A stretch of DNA of 64,000 nt from Nanobdellota archaeon. Its GTDB lineage: Archaea > Nanobdellota > Nanobdellia > Woesearchaeales > JAHIVG01. Made by a program: the position numbers and the translations under genes. The stretch covers positions 13,796-77,795 of the forward strand of contig JAZDHH010000015.1 in the NCBI GenBank assembly GCA_043806015.1, read 5' to 3'. Shown here piece by piece: positions 46,718 through 55,819 of the stretch. Under the pieces are notes generated by a model that was not told the DNA's origin, ran no database searches, and saw only the letters and a list, made by a program, of their open reading frames with translations. Within the stretch, counting starts at the first letter, position 1; every line of letters begins with the position of its first letter.

Positions 46718-47308
46718 ATGGCCAAGGCAAAGCCGCTCGGCGTCCACGTCACGAACTATGAAGTGAAAAGCCAGGACTTCCCTTTCCATGCCCGGAGCTT
46801 CTATGTCATGGTGCATGAGTGGATGCTCGAGCATGAGTTCGCCCCCGACGCCGCCGACCCCAACTTCCCGGAGACCATGTACTACGAGGCGAGACAGCAG
46901 GACGGCAGGCGGGAGATCTGGTGCTGGTGGCGCAACAAGTACGTGCCGCAGAACAACCCATTCTACCGCTACGCCCTCAACGTGAACATGCACTGGCTCG
47001 GCGCGAAGGACACCGACATCGTGCAGAACGGCCGCAAGCTCAAGCTCCAGAAAGGCGAGTTCTGGTTCTCGGTGCAGGCAGTCCTCGAGGTCGACTACCA
47101 GAACAAGTGGCGCACCCACTGGCTCCTCAAGCATCTCCTGGAGACGTTCTGGAAACGCTTCATCTGGAAGGACCTCGAGAAGCACCGGCACACGCTGTAC
47201 AAGATATCCTATGACCTGCGCAACGATGTCATGCAGTTCCTGCAGATCCGGCAGCCGGAGCAAAAACCGAAATCCTGGTGGCCGGCGATGGGCTATGTGG
47301 AAAACTAA
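46718..47308 (+). CDS. hypothetical Trp-rich protein
   Basis: GTTTATAAAC TATA about 25 nt upstream. 14 Trp residues in 196 aa. No recognised domain. Confidence 0.5.
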   Translation: MAKAKPLGVHVTNYEVKSQDFPFHARSFYVMVHEWMLEHEFAPDAADPNFPETMYYEARQQDGRREIWCWWRNKYVPQNNPFYRYALNVNMHWLGAKDTDIVQNGRKLKLQKGEFWFSVQAVLEVDYQNKWRTHWLLKHLLETFWKRFIWKDLEKHRHTLYKISYDLRNDVMQFLQIRQPEQKPKSWWPAMGYVEN

Positions 47309-47365
47309 AAATATTTAAAGCGGCCTCTTCTTTTCGTCCTTGCCCGCCTCCGGCGCAGCAGCAAA

Positions 47366-47392
47366 AAACCGCCGGTTTTTTGGTCGCTCCGC
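47366..47392 (+). terminator. perfect palindrome AAAAAACCGG/CCGGTTTTTT followed by T-run
   Basis: Read directly. Lies downstream of the gene ending at 47308. Confidence 0.5.
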
Positions 47393-47493
47393 AGGCCCCG
47401 CCTCCGTAGCATAGTAGCCATTGCGGCGGACTTGTATATTGCCGGAGAAATCCGCAGGTCGAGGGTGCAACTCCCTCCGGAGGCTCTTTGCCC

Positions 47494-47922
47494 ATGGACG
47501 CCAAACTCATCAAGCAGCACAACCTGCCCTGGAACGAGCTCGAGCTCGCCTTCGATCTCGACGACGCCAAGACCGTCCGCGACGTCCGCAAGAAGGTCGG
47601 CGAGCATTTCGACTCCTACGCGAAATACGTCGAGGAGCTCGTCCAGCCGGAGGCCACACTGGCGAACCTGACAGAGGCCAAGCAGTTCACCGAGGCAGAG
47701 AAGAAACGCATGTTCGCCCTGTACCGCCGCCTCATGTTCCTGCAGCGCCTCAGCCTCGAGGTCGGCATCGACAATGATGAAAAAAAGGATGCGCAATTCC
47801 TCAAGGAATCGCTTTCCGAATGGACGCAGCTGAAGCCGGAGATCAAGGCAATATTCTCCAAGCTCAAGGAAGCGTGGAGCGGTGACAGCGACGCGAAAGA
47901 GGAAGCGGAATATTTCGGGTGA
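47494..47922 (+). CDS. hypothetical acidic alpha-helical protein upstream of adk
   Basis: Strong GC3 bias. Six nt upstream of adk. Confidence 0.5.
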   Translation: MDAKLIKQHNLPWNELELAFDLDDAKTVRDVRKKVGEHFDSYAKYVEELVQPEATLANLTEAKQFTEAEKKRMFALYRRLMFLQRLSLEVGIDNDEKKDAQFLKESLSEWTQLKPEIKAIFSKLKEAWSGDSDAKEEAEYFG

Positions 47923-47928
47923 GCACAG

Positions 47929-48612
47929 ATGCGAATGATTCTCATCGGACCGCCGGGCGCCGGAAAAGGCACCCAGGTAACGCTAATCCAAAACTATTAT
48001 CAGAAGCATTTCGACCAGAGCATGCCGCAGATCTCCACGGGAGACGAGCTCAGGGCCGCGGTCAGAAATCACACCGCGGAGGGCATGAAAGCGAAAAGCT
48101 ATATGGATGCTGGTCGGCTCGTGCCTGACGAAATCATAATCCCCATTCTTATGGAACGAATCCTTCAGCCGGACTGCGCGTCCGGCTACATCCTTGACGG
48201 CTTTCCCCGAAACCTTGCCCAGGCAGAGAAATTGGACTCCGTCTCAGACCGCGTGGGGACGATAGAGGCCGTTACCTACATCGATGTTCCCGATACTGAA
48301 ATTGTCCGGCGGCTCGTCAATCGACGGGTTTGCCCCCAATGCAAGCGCGGATACAACCTCCTGTTCCAAAAACCCCGTAGCCCAGGCATCTGCGATGAAG
48401 ACGGGACGCCCCTCGTGCAGCGTGACGACGACAACGAAGGGACAATCAGGAATCGGCTGGCCGTGTTCCATCACCAGACGCAACCCCTCCTCGACTTTTA
48501 CAAAAAAAGGGGGATCCTGTACCGCATCGATGGGGCACCATCTGCCCATGTTGTGAGCACTGCTCTCGAGGCTTTGTTGCAACAATTATCGCCTAGCGAA
48601 AAAGCGCCCTGA
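47929..48612 (+). CDS. adk: adenylate kinase (long form with zinc-binding LID)
   Basis: GPPGAGKGTQ P-loop and CPQC…C…D LID motif. Confidence 0.9.
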   Translation: MRMILIGPPGAGKGTQVTLIQNYYQKHFDQSMPQISTGDELRAAVRNHTAEGMKAKSYMDAGRLVPDEIIIPILMERILQPDCASGYILDGFPRNLAQAEKLDSVSDRVGTIEAVTYIDVPDTEIVRRLVNRRVCPQCKRGYNLLFQKPRSPGICDEDGTPLVQRDDDNEGTIRNRLAVFHHQTQPLLDFYKKRGILYRIDGAPSAHVVSTALEALLQQLSPSEKAP

Positions 48613-49537
48613 CCGCGATCGTGGCATAGCTCCCCTTCGGCAAGGAAAAGCTGACTGTCCTTTTCTGGAAACCGGGGTTCAGGTCGTCCGGCTCGGCTGA
48701 TGAGACGGCAAGATCCCCGAGAGGGACAAACGCTGGACGAAAATAACCTTCAGCGCTCAGGCCGTGGAGCTGCCGGATCACAAAATCCCGCTCAGAGATG
48801 CCCTCTTGCGCAAGAAGTGGTGGGATGCGCTCGTCCTCGATCCCGAAACCCGGGACGGGCAATGCGCATTCGTCCACCACTTCCTTCGGGAAAGCCAACT
48901 CCCCTGTCGGGAACTCCACAAGATCATGCAGGCCCTTCCTGATCTCTGCATCGAGAAGGCGGTTGAAGAGCAGACTTTGATAGGAGTGAACCATTATGCC
49001 CAATAGGTTGGTGCGTGCGGAGAGATGCCTCAAGGGATCGTTTCCTTCATAACCGAGCATTCTGGCTGCCCCGGAAAAGTCTTTGGTGACGAGCAGCTTG
49101 CCTATGAGATGATTTTTTCCGGCGACACCGAACCGCTGCTCCCCGAAGTAGTTCGGCATCTTGGAAAGAGCCACGGGGCCATGGTCGAGCTTGCGGACAA
49201 CAAGGGAAAAGCGGTTGCCTTCAAGCTCTCCGAGGGAAAGGCGCTCCTCACGGGAGCCGAGGAAGCTCAGCGAAAGCTGCGGAAGCTCGAGATCGCTGTG
49301 CGGCCCGTTATATAGCGACACGAACTGTGAGGTCACTGCTCGCTTGTCCTTTAGCCCTGCGAGATTGAACCATTTTGCAGGCTTATGCAAAGCTTCTGCA
49401 AGCCGGGTGATGGCCTCGTCATCCGTGAGGTCTCTCTTGGTCAGCCGATAGAAGGCGTAGGGCCCCTGCCCCTTCACATCATGATGGGCGATTTCCTCGA
49501 CCACGAAATCCTCGGGAAGGCGCTTGACCTCAAACAT
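48593..49537 (-). CDS. truD: tRNA pseudouridine synthase TruD/Pus7 family
   Basis: MFEVKRLPEDFVVEE N-terminus and NYFGEQRFG motif. The ORF-track extension to 49753 overlaps the tRNA and was rejected. Confidence 0.8.
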   Translation of the reverse strand: MFEVKRLPEDFVVEEIAHHDVKGQGPYAFYRLTKRDLTDDEAITRLAEALHKPAKWFNLAGLKDKRAVTSQFVSLYNGPHSDLELPQLSLSFLGSREERLSLGELEGNRFSLVVRKLDHGPVALSKMPNYFGEQRFGVAGKNHLIGKLLVTKDFSGAARMLGYEGNDPLRHLSARTNLLGIMVHSYQSLLFNRLLDAEIRKGLHDLVEFPTGELAFPKEVVDECALPVPGFGIEDERIPPLLAQEGISERDFVIRQLHGLSAEGYFRPAFVPLGDLAVSSAEPDDLNPGFQKRTVSFSLPKGSYATIAVRALFR

Positions 49538-49590
49538 GGCAGGGGTAAGGTAAAAAGGTTTAAAAAGCTGCCGCAATAGCCAGGTATCAC

Positions 49591-49835
49591 GAGCCTGTAG
49601 CGCAGCCTGGTAACCTCGGCGAAGGTTGGGCAAACAGCGCGAGTGCCTCCTAAGCACTAGGTCGGGGGTTCGAACCAGCTTTTTCCCCTCGCGGGGAAAA
49701 ACCGGGGAAATACCTGATTGACCCAGGTATTCTTCCCAGAAAAGAAAGGTCAATGGGGGTTTCGGCGTTCCGCCTCAAGCCCCCCAGTTGCTGCAAGGCA
49801 ACATCCCAGAAGCTCCGAAAGTCCCCCCAGGCTCG
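49591..49835 (+). tRNA. tRNA-Arg (anticodon CCT) with two putative non-canonical introns (D-loop ~49615-49636; T-loop 49676-49822)
   Basis: Acceptor GAGCCTG pairs with CAGGCTC 230 nt downstream. D stem GCGC/GCGC, anticodon stem AGTGC/GCACT, loop CTCCTAA, T stem GGGGG (49664-49668) with CCCCC (49823-49827), discriminator G then CTTTTTTC. Confidence 0.55.
49676..49785 (+). ncRNA. copy B of a conserved structured element (core of the putative T-loop intron)
   Basis: Shares CAGCTTTTT-hairpin-AAAAACCGGGGAAATACC and CAATGGGGGTTTCGGC…GCCTCAAGCCCCC with 9610-9715. Compensatory changes: ACCC/GGGT versus CCCC/GGGG, and GGC/GCC versus GGCG/CGCC. Confidence 0.5.
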
Positions 49836-49846
49836 CTTTTTTCACC

Positions 49847-50938
49847 ATGGACCCTGTGTTGATCAATGAGGGATGGCGCATCTTTTTACGACGCCTGCGG
49901 ATCGGGTTATGCGGCTATCCGTCGTATGAAGGCTCGAGCGATGACATATGCGCCGCCATCGTCGACCGATGCTGGAACGGCACGTATTTCATGACCAGCG
50001 CAGGCCATTTCCGAGAGTTCTGGACGCGCGACTTCGGGCTCTGCATCGACGCCCTCCTCGCGCTCGGGCATAAAGAGAAGGTGAGGTCGACTCTTGCCTA
50101 CGCGCTCGACCGATTCTCGAGAACCAGGTTGACTACCACCATCAATCCCGCAGGGAAGCCTTTCGACTTCCCCACCTATGCCCCTGATTCCCTGGCCTTC
50201 CTCCTCCGAAGCCTCGCAAGGCTGCATGACCGGACGCTTGTCGACCATCATCGCCCTTTTCTCGAGAATGAAATCCGGCGCTTCCGGGAGACTGTGTTGG
50301 ATGAGCAAGGCGCGGTGCGTAAGGACCGGGAATTCTCATCCATCAATGATCATGGACGTCGGAGAAGCTCCTGCTACGACACGTGCATGGCCGCGATTGT
50401 CCAGCGCTATGCACGGGAGCTCGGCCTTGATGCTCCTTGCGAAACAGACTATCCGCGACTCCTGAAACAGCGATACTGGAAGGGGGATCGCTTCATCAGC
50501 GATCTCGGCCAGGGATTGGTGACCGGTGATGCCAACGTCTTTCCCGCCTACTGCGGCGTCTGCAGCGATGCGATGGCCAAGAAGGCGCTTGCCGCGATCC
50601 GACTGCTTGGCCTTGATAAGCCAATGCCTTTGAAATATCACGCAGGTCGCACGACAAGAGGCAATGCCTACAGCTGGCTGGCGCCGGGCTATGAACGACA
50701 CACGGTCTGGCTGCATCTCGGTTTCGCCTATCTCGATGCGGTGGCAATGCATGAGCCTCATCTTCTCAAACCCTATCTCGACGCTTACGACCTGTTCATC
50801 GGCAAATACCGCAACTTCTTTGAGGTGGTTGACGACCGGCTCCGACCGTACCATAGCCTGTTCTACGCGTGCGACGACTCCATGCTTTGGGCCGCCAATT
50901 TCCTCAAGCTGAAAAAGCTTATAAAGCACCGCAGGTGA
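49847..50938 (+). CDS. (alpha/alpha)6-barrel glycoside hydrolase-like protein (GH63/GDE-like)
   Basis: …GYPSYEGS…FWTRDFG… motifs. Internal Met at 49847 chosen because the ORF extension overlaps the tRNA. Confidence 0.45.
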   Translation: MDPVLINEGWRIFLRRLRIGLCGYPSYEGSSDDICAAIVDRCWNGTYFMTSAGHFREFWTRDFGLCIDALLALGHKEKVRSTLAYALDRFSRTRLTTTINPAGKPFDFPTYAPDSLAFLLRSLARLHDRTLVDHHRPFLENEIRRFRETVLDEQGAVRKDREFSSINDHGRRRSSCYDTCMAAIVQRYARELGLDAPCETDYPRLLKQRYWKGDRFISDLGQGLVTGDANVFPAYCGVCSDAMAKKALAAIRLLGLDKPMPLKYHAGRTTRGNAYSWLAPGYERHTVWLHLGFAYLDAVAMHEPHLLKPYLDAYDLFIGKYRNFFEVVDDRLRPYHSLFYACDDSMLWAANFLKLKKLIKHRR

Positions 50939-50948
50939 TGCCAAGACC

Positions 50949-51992
50949 ATGGCTCGCATCCTCTACGGTGTTGGCGGGCAGGGCATGGGCCACGCCACGA
51001 GAAGCGCTACAATCATCAAAGAGCTCGGGAAAGAGCATGAGCTGGTGATCGTCTCCGGCGGCCGCGCTTTCGCCTACCTTTCAGAAAAGTTCCCGAACGT
51101 AAAGAAGGTGCACGTCCTGCACCACAGCCAGAAAAACGACCGCATCCTGAGCCCCGAGACCTTCGCATCGAACCTGGTCTCGATCCCCAGGTACTACCGC
51201 TCCTTCCAGCGCGTGTCTTCCATCATCCGCTCCTTCAAGCCGGAGATGGTGCTCTGCGATCTCGAGCTGTTCACCGCGCTGGCCGCGAAAAAATCCCATC
51301 TGCCGCTGCTCAGCATCGACAACCAGCACATCCTCACCAAGACGAGGCTCGGCATCCACCAGCAGGCATCCGGTCTCGCATTGAAGTTCCTCATCCGTTC
51401 AATGGCGCCGCGCGCCACGGACTACATCATCACCACCTTTTTCCTGCCCAAACGGAAAGCCCTCAACGTGCATCTCGTGCCGCCCATCGTGCGCGAATCC
51501 ATCATCCGGGCGAAATGCTCCATCGGCAAGCATGTCCTGGTCTACCAGACATCGAAGACCCACACCACGCTCCTCGAAGAGCTGCAGAAGATCGATGAAC
51601 AGTTCATCGTCTATGGCTACGACCGAATAGGCCGACAGAAGAACTTGATCTTCCGTAAATTCAACGAAAAGCAATTCTTCCGCGACCTCGCAAGCTGCAA
51701 GGCGATCGTGACTAACGGCGGCCTGAGCCTCATCGGGGAAGCGGTGTATCTCAAGAAGCCTGTATTCTCCATGCCCATCCGGGATGACTTCGAGCAGTAC
51801 GTCAACGCGTACCATATCCAAAAGAAGGGGTATGGGCTCTCCAGGCCGGTCTTCACGAGACGCGCCTTCCTGCATTTCATGAGCCGCCTGGACAGCTACA
51901 AGGCCGCGCTTAGGGAGCACCGTCAGGACGGCAATAGGCTCCTATTGGAGAAGCTCCGCGCCTGGATCACGCTGTACGCAGGAGACGCCTGA
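50949..51992 (+). CDS. GT-B glycosyltransferase (MurG/GT28-like)
   Basis: N-terminal GGQGMGH Gly-rich loop and a C-terminal UDP-sugar-binding-like region. Confidence 0.65.
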   Translation: MARILYGVGGQGMGHATRSATIIKELGKEHELVIVSGGRAFAYLSEKFPNVKKVHVLHHSQKNDRILSPETFASNLVSIPRYYRSFQRVSSIIRSFKPEMVLCDLELFTALAAKKSHLPLLSIDNQHILTKTRLGIHQQASGLALKFLIRSMAPRATDYIITTFFLPKRKALNVHLVPPIVRESIIRAKCSIGKHVLVYQTSKTHTTLLEELQKIDEQFIVYGYDRIGRQKNLIFRKFNEKQFFRDLASCKAIVTNGGLSLIGEAVYLKKPVFSMPIRDDFEQYVNAYHIQKKGYGLSRPVFTRRAFLHFMSRLDSYKAALREHRQDGNRLLLEKLRAWITLYAGDA

Positions 51993-53751
51993 GCGTCTCG
52001 ACGATATCCTTCCCTTCCGCGCGGCCGCGCAGCGTTTCCATCGCCTTGCCGACGAGCGCATTGAATGCCATGCCCGCGTGCTGATTGATGATCTCTTTCA
52101 GCCCGACCTCCAGCTCTTCCGGCGATAACGTCCTGTAGCCCATTGGATCCGGATGCTTCCCCTGCCCGATCTGCACCAAGAGCTCGAAAACAGCGTCGCG
52201 CGTGATGGCCCCCTGGTCCCAGAGCGCCACCAGCTGCTGGCCCTGCCCGAGGGGGTCGACCTCGATGTTGAAGCGACGCTTGATCTCCTTCCCCGAATTG
52301 AGGAAAAAATCCGCGAGCGCGTTGAGCGGGATGTTCCGGTACGCTGCCTGCAACTCTTCCAATGGCAAGTCATCCGCCAAGACAAGCTTCGTCATCTCGT
52401 GCGAAAGCCCGAGCTTCTCGTAGTGGGCGAAACGCTGCTCATAGGTCAGCGGGAGCGTGACCAGTTCCGGGTGAGGCACGACCGGCTTGGTGTCTGTCTC
52501 CGGATACATGCGAGCCGCGCCAGGGATGGGTCTGAGGTAGCTCGATGTTCCGTCAGGATTCGCCTTGCGTACTTCCTGGGGGGTGCCTTTTTTCAGCAAG
52601 GCGCAATGATCGCGCACTGCCTGGAGCGCCCGGAGAGCGCGCCAGCTCTCGCCGAGGACGATGATGAAGCCAGCGTCATCATGGCAGCCGAGCGACGCCC
52701 TGACAGCGTCGACCTCTTCCAGGGTTATGCCGTAGCCGGGGAGCTCATCCGCGTGCATCAGGCCGCCGATGCCGGTCTTGACTTTCGCGACGTCCGAGAA
52801 TTCGGTGCCGAGACGCCTGCCGGGCTGGATCAGCTGCCCGAAAATGCCCTTTGCCTTGCCGCATCGCATGCCGAAGACAGATCCGTTTGCCTGGAGCACC
52901 TTCTGGACCATCTTCGAGCCGGTATGCATCATCGACGATGTCACTTCCTCCGCCGGGCCAAACGATACGTCTGCGAGACATTTTCTCAGGGGGATCATGT
53001 TCTGCTGGCGCTGCACCTCATAATCCACGAGCGTCGGAAGCAGCCGGAGGTCCTGCGCGCCCTTGATCTCGATGCGGTTGCCGCCTTCGATGGAGATGTT
53101 GACATCCTGCCGTATGGTGCCGATGCCACGACGGACTCTTCCGGTGGAGCGGAGGAGCATGCCGAGCTGATGGGCGACGCTCTTGCATTGCTCTGGCGAT
53201 GTGATGTCCGGCTCGGTCGCGATCTCGATGAGCGGTATGCCGAGGCGATCGAGCCGATAGGAGACACTGTCCTGGCGCTGCTCGATGATGCGGCCAGACT
53301 CCTCCTCGATGCAAAGCGTGGCGATGCGGATGCTGGCGTCCGGCGTCTTCAGTATGCCGTTCCTCGCGACGAGGGCTGTGCGCTGGAAGCCCGAGGGGTT
53401 AGATCCGTCGATGACAATCTTGCGCATGATCTGTATCCGGTCGACCACGCGCATATGCAGCAGCTTGGCGAGCTGCAGCGCCACGCCCAACGCCTCGGGA
53501 TTAAGTTCGTGCGGAGGCTCGTCGTCAAGCTCGACCAGGCAGGTCGTGTCCGGATAGAACTCGTAGACAAAGGTGCGCTCCCTTCCGGTTTCATGCATCG
53601 CGGCCTCATCGACAACCCCGAGCTCGCCGGACACCGCCCGGAGCTTCCGGACCACCTTGCCTGGCGGCGGATCGTCGCGGAGCGCGCTCGGGCAGCCGCA
53701 GAACAGCTTCTTCGTCGCGAGCTGCTGGTGGATCTCGAGGCCGATTTTCAT
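51967..53751 (-). CDS. gatE: Glu-tRNA(Gln) amidotransferase subunit E (GatE)
   Basis: MKIGLEIHQQL N-terminus, 594 aa, GatB/E fold. Confidence 0.9.
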   Translation of the reverse strand: MKIGLEIHQQLATKKLFCGCPSALRDDPPPGKVVRKLRAVSGELGVVDEAAMHETGRERTFVYEFYPDTTCLVELDDEPPHELNPEALGVALQLAKLLHMRVVDRIQIMRKIVIDGSNPSGFQRTALVARNGILKTPDASIRIATLCIEEESGRIIEQRQDSVSYRLDRLGIPLIEIATEPDITSPEQCKSVAHQLGMLLRSTGRVRRGIGTIRQDVNISIEGGNRIEIKGAQDLRLLPTLVDYEVQRQQNMIPLRKCLADVSFGPAEEVTSSMMHTGSKMVQKVLQANGSVFGMRCGKAKGIFGQLIQPGRRLGTEFSDVAKVKTGIGGLMHADELPGYGITLEEVDAVRASLGCHDDAGFIIVLGESWRALRALQAVRDHCALLKKGTPQEVRKANPDGTSSYLRPIPGAARMYPETDTKPVVPHPELVTLPLTYEQRFAHYEKLGLSHEMTKLVLADDLPLEELQAAYRNIPLNALADFFLNSGKEIKRRFNIEVDPLGQGQQLVALWDQGAITRDAVFELLVQIGQGKHPDPMGYRTLSPEELEVGLKEIINQHAGMAFNALVGKAMETLRGRAEGKDIVETLRRLLRTA

Positions 53752-53798
53752 GGGGGGCTTGAGTTATGACCTTTTTCTACCGGTTGCTTTCGATGGCA

Positions 53799-55076
53799 TT
53801 ATCTTAAAAAATCATCCGCCTCGCTCCTCTCGGAAAGCTCGCCGGCGAGATTCTCCATGAAGAGCCGCGGAATGTCCTCCTTTGCGCGGTTGCTCAGCAG
53901 CCAGGCGAGCTTGATGAAGGCTGCCTCAGGCGTCATGTCCGAGCGATGGCCGATGATGCCGAGCCTCTGCAGCTCGCGGCCGGCGGAGTAGACGTTGAGA
54001 TCGACCCTGCCATACACGGTCTGCGCAGCCATGACGATGGGAGTCCTCTTCGCGAGCCGCTTGAGCTTCTTCTTGATGTCGAGGTTCTCTGAGGTCATCC
54101 CCTCGTCGCCGATGGGGAGATGGCCGAGGCCGGTCCCCTCGACGACGATGCCATCCGCCTTTGCCGGGAATTCCTGCGCGAACATGTTCGGATGCGCTTT
54201 GATGACTGGGATGCATAATCCCCCGTTGAAGGACGTGAACACCGGCGGCCTGTTCACGGGTTGTGGAATGGCGATGAGCTCGATGCGCTTCTCAGCGACG
54301 GATACGCGCGCGATAGGCTTCGCGTTGACCGGCCGGAACGCATCGCGCCTGCTCGTGTGCATCTTCCTCACTTTCAGGCCGGGGAGCACGTGGCAATAGT
54401 CGTCGTTCTGGCTCTCGTGCATGCAGATGCCGACGCAGGGCACCTTGGCCTGCGTGATGAAGAGAATCGCGGAGAGGAGGTTGAGGCCGGCATCGCTGCT
54501 GCCGCGGTCGGCGCTGCGCTGCGCGCCCACGAAAAGGATGGGGATCGGAGGAGGGTTGACGAGAAACGAGATCGCCGCGCTCGTGTAGTGCATGGTGTCG
54601 GTGCCGTGCGTGACGATGATGCCGGCGACGCCTGTGCCGATCTCCGCCTCGATCTCCTTGGCGAGCGCGTTGTAGAAAGAGAATCGCGCATTCTCGCTCA
54701 TCATGTTGGCGACGAGCCGCGCCTTGATGTTCGCCATGCCACGCATCTCCGGGAACATGGCAAGCAGCTCCGCCGGCGTGAAGGAGGCGATGACCGCTCC
54801 GGTGGCGTAATCGATCTTCGAGGCGATGGTGCCGCCGGTATGCAGGATCGCGATGGTCGGCAGCCCTCCTTCCAGGGCCTCCTGCGACGGGACCGCAGCG
54901 TGGCGCTGCGGCAGGGCGACGGATTCGATACTTTTTATGGCATTCTTTTTTATCCCGAGATTGTAGCCGTTCTTCAGCTTGAGGACTGTGAAGTGCTTTT
55001 CCTCTGGGAGAAGCGTGCCTTCGAGCACCTCATTTCTGGCATGGATGCGCACCCAGGAGCCTGGTTCCATGGCCAT
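53799..55076 (-). CDS. gatD: Glu-tRNA(Gln) amidotransferase subunit D (GatD), asparaginase-like
   Basis: HTGGTIAS asparaginase motif. Start at 55076 overlaps the nif3 stop (TGATG). Confidence 0.9.
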   Translation of the reverse strand: MAMEPGSWVRIHARNEVLEGTLLPEEKHFTVLKLKNGYNLGIKKNAIKSIESVALPQRHAAVPSQEALEGGLPTIAILHTGGTIASKIDYATGAVIASFTPAELLAMFPEMRGMANIKARLVANMMSENARFSFYNALAKEIEAEIGTGVAGIIVTHGTDTMHYTSAAISFLVNPPPIPILFVGAQRSADRGSSDAGLNLLSAILFITQAKVPCVGICMHESQNDDYCHVLPGLKVRKMHTSRRDAFRPVNAKPIARVSVAEKRIELIAIPQPVNRPPVFTSFNGGLCIPVIKAHPNMFAQEFPAKADGIVVEGTGLGHLPIGDEGMTSENLDIKKKLKRLAKRTPIVMAAQTVYGRVDLNVYSAGRELQRLGIIGHRSDMTPEAAFIKLAWLLSNRAKEDIPRLFMENLAGELSERSEADDFLR

Positions 55077-55819
55077 CAGAGCCCTGTCGGAAGGTCGACG
55101 AAACGCGTGGTGATGTTGAACCTTTTTTCGAGATGCTTCGCGAGAGCCTTGAGGCCTAAGGTTTCCGTGGCATAGTGGCCTGCGAAGAGCACGTTCATGT
55201 CCAGCTCTTTTGCGAGCGGCATGTATTGGTGCTTGGTCTCGCCGGTGATGAGGGCGTCCAGGCCGAGGTCCTTGGCCTCCTCCAGCGCGAAGCAGCCGTC
55301 GCCTGAGACGATGCCGACACTGCGGATCGTCTGCTTGCCATAGGCTGCGACCACGCACCGCGTGTGCAACTTCCGGTTGAGCATGTCAATCAGCGCCTTC
55401 AAAGGCAACGGCCGGAGCTTGGCTTTCATGCCGATCTGCATGCCGTGATATTCGCCGAAAGGCTCAACCGAGGTTGTGGACAGTAGCCGCGCCAGCTGAG
55501 CGTTATTGCCCAACACCTGGTGGGCGTCGAGAGGAAGATGCGAGGCGTAGAGGGCGAGGTCCTTCCGTATGCATGCCTTGATGCGCTGGAAATGGCTTCC
55601 GGTGAGCAGCAACGGCTTCCTCCAGAACAGGCCGTGATGGACAAAGAGGATCTGCCCGGGAGATTGAGTGATGCTCTCCAGCGACGCGTCCACAGCAAAG
55701 CAGGCAGTCTTCACTTCTGACAGGCCCTGGACCTGAAGGCCGTTCTGCGAAAGGTCCTTGATGGCCTCGGTATTGAGGAGGTCGTCGCAATAATCCACGA
55801 TGCGCCTAGTCTCTGCCAT
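55076..55819 (-). CDS. Nif3-family dinuclear metal centre protein
   Basis: Nif3/YbgI conserved N-terminus, ~247 aa. Confidence 0.8.
   Translation of the reverse strand: MAETRRIVDYCDDLLNTEAIKDLSQNGLQVQGLSEVKTACFAVDASLESITQSPGQILFVHHGLFWRKPLLLTGSHFQRIKACIRKDLALYASHLPLDAHQVLGNNAQLARLLSTTSVEPFGEYHGMQIGMKAKLRPLPLKALIDMLNRKLHTRCVVAAYGKQTIRSVGIVSGDGCFALEEAKDLGLDALITGETKHQYMPLAKELDMNVLFAGHYATETLGLKALAKHLEKRFNITTRFVDLPTGL

Noticed and set aside
49538-49846. N-terminal extensions of the truD ORF (to 49753) and of the glycosidase ORF (from 49718)
   Set aside because: Both extensions run across the tRNA-Arg gene and its intron. Internal Met codons at 49537 and 49847 give proteins starting at conserved N-termini.
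52153-53769. 538-aa plus-strand ORF
   Set aside because: Antisense to gatE. Arg/Ala/Leu-rich, a GC-driven open frame.
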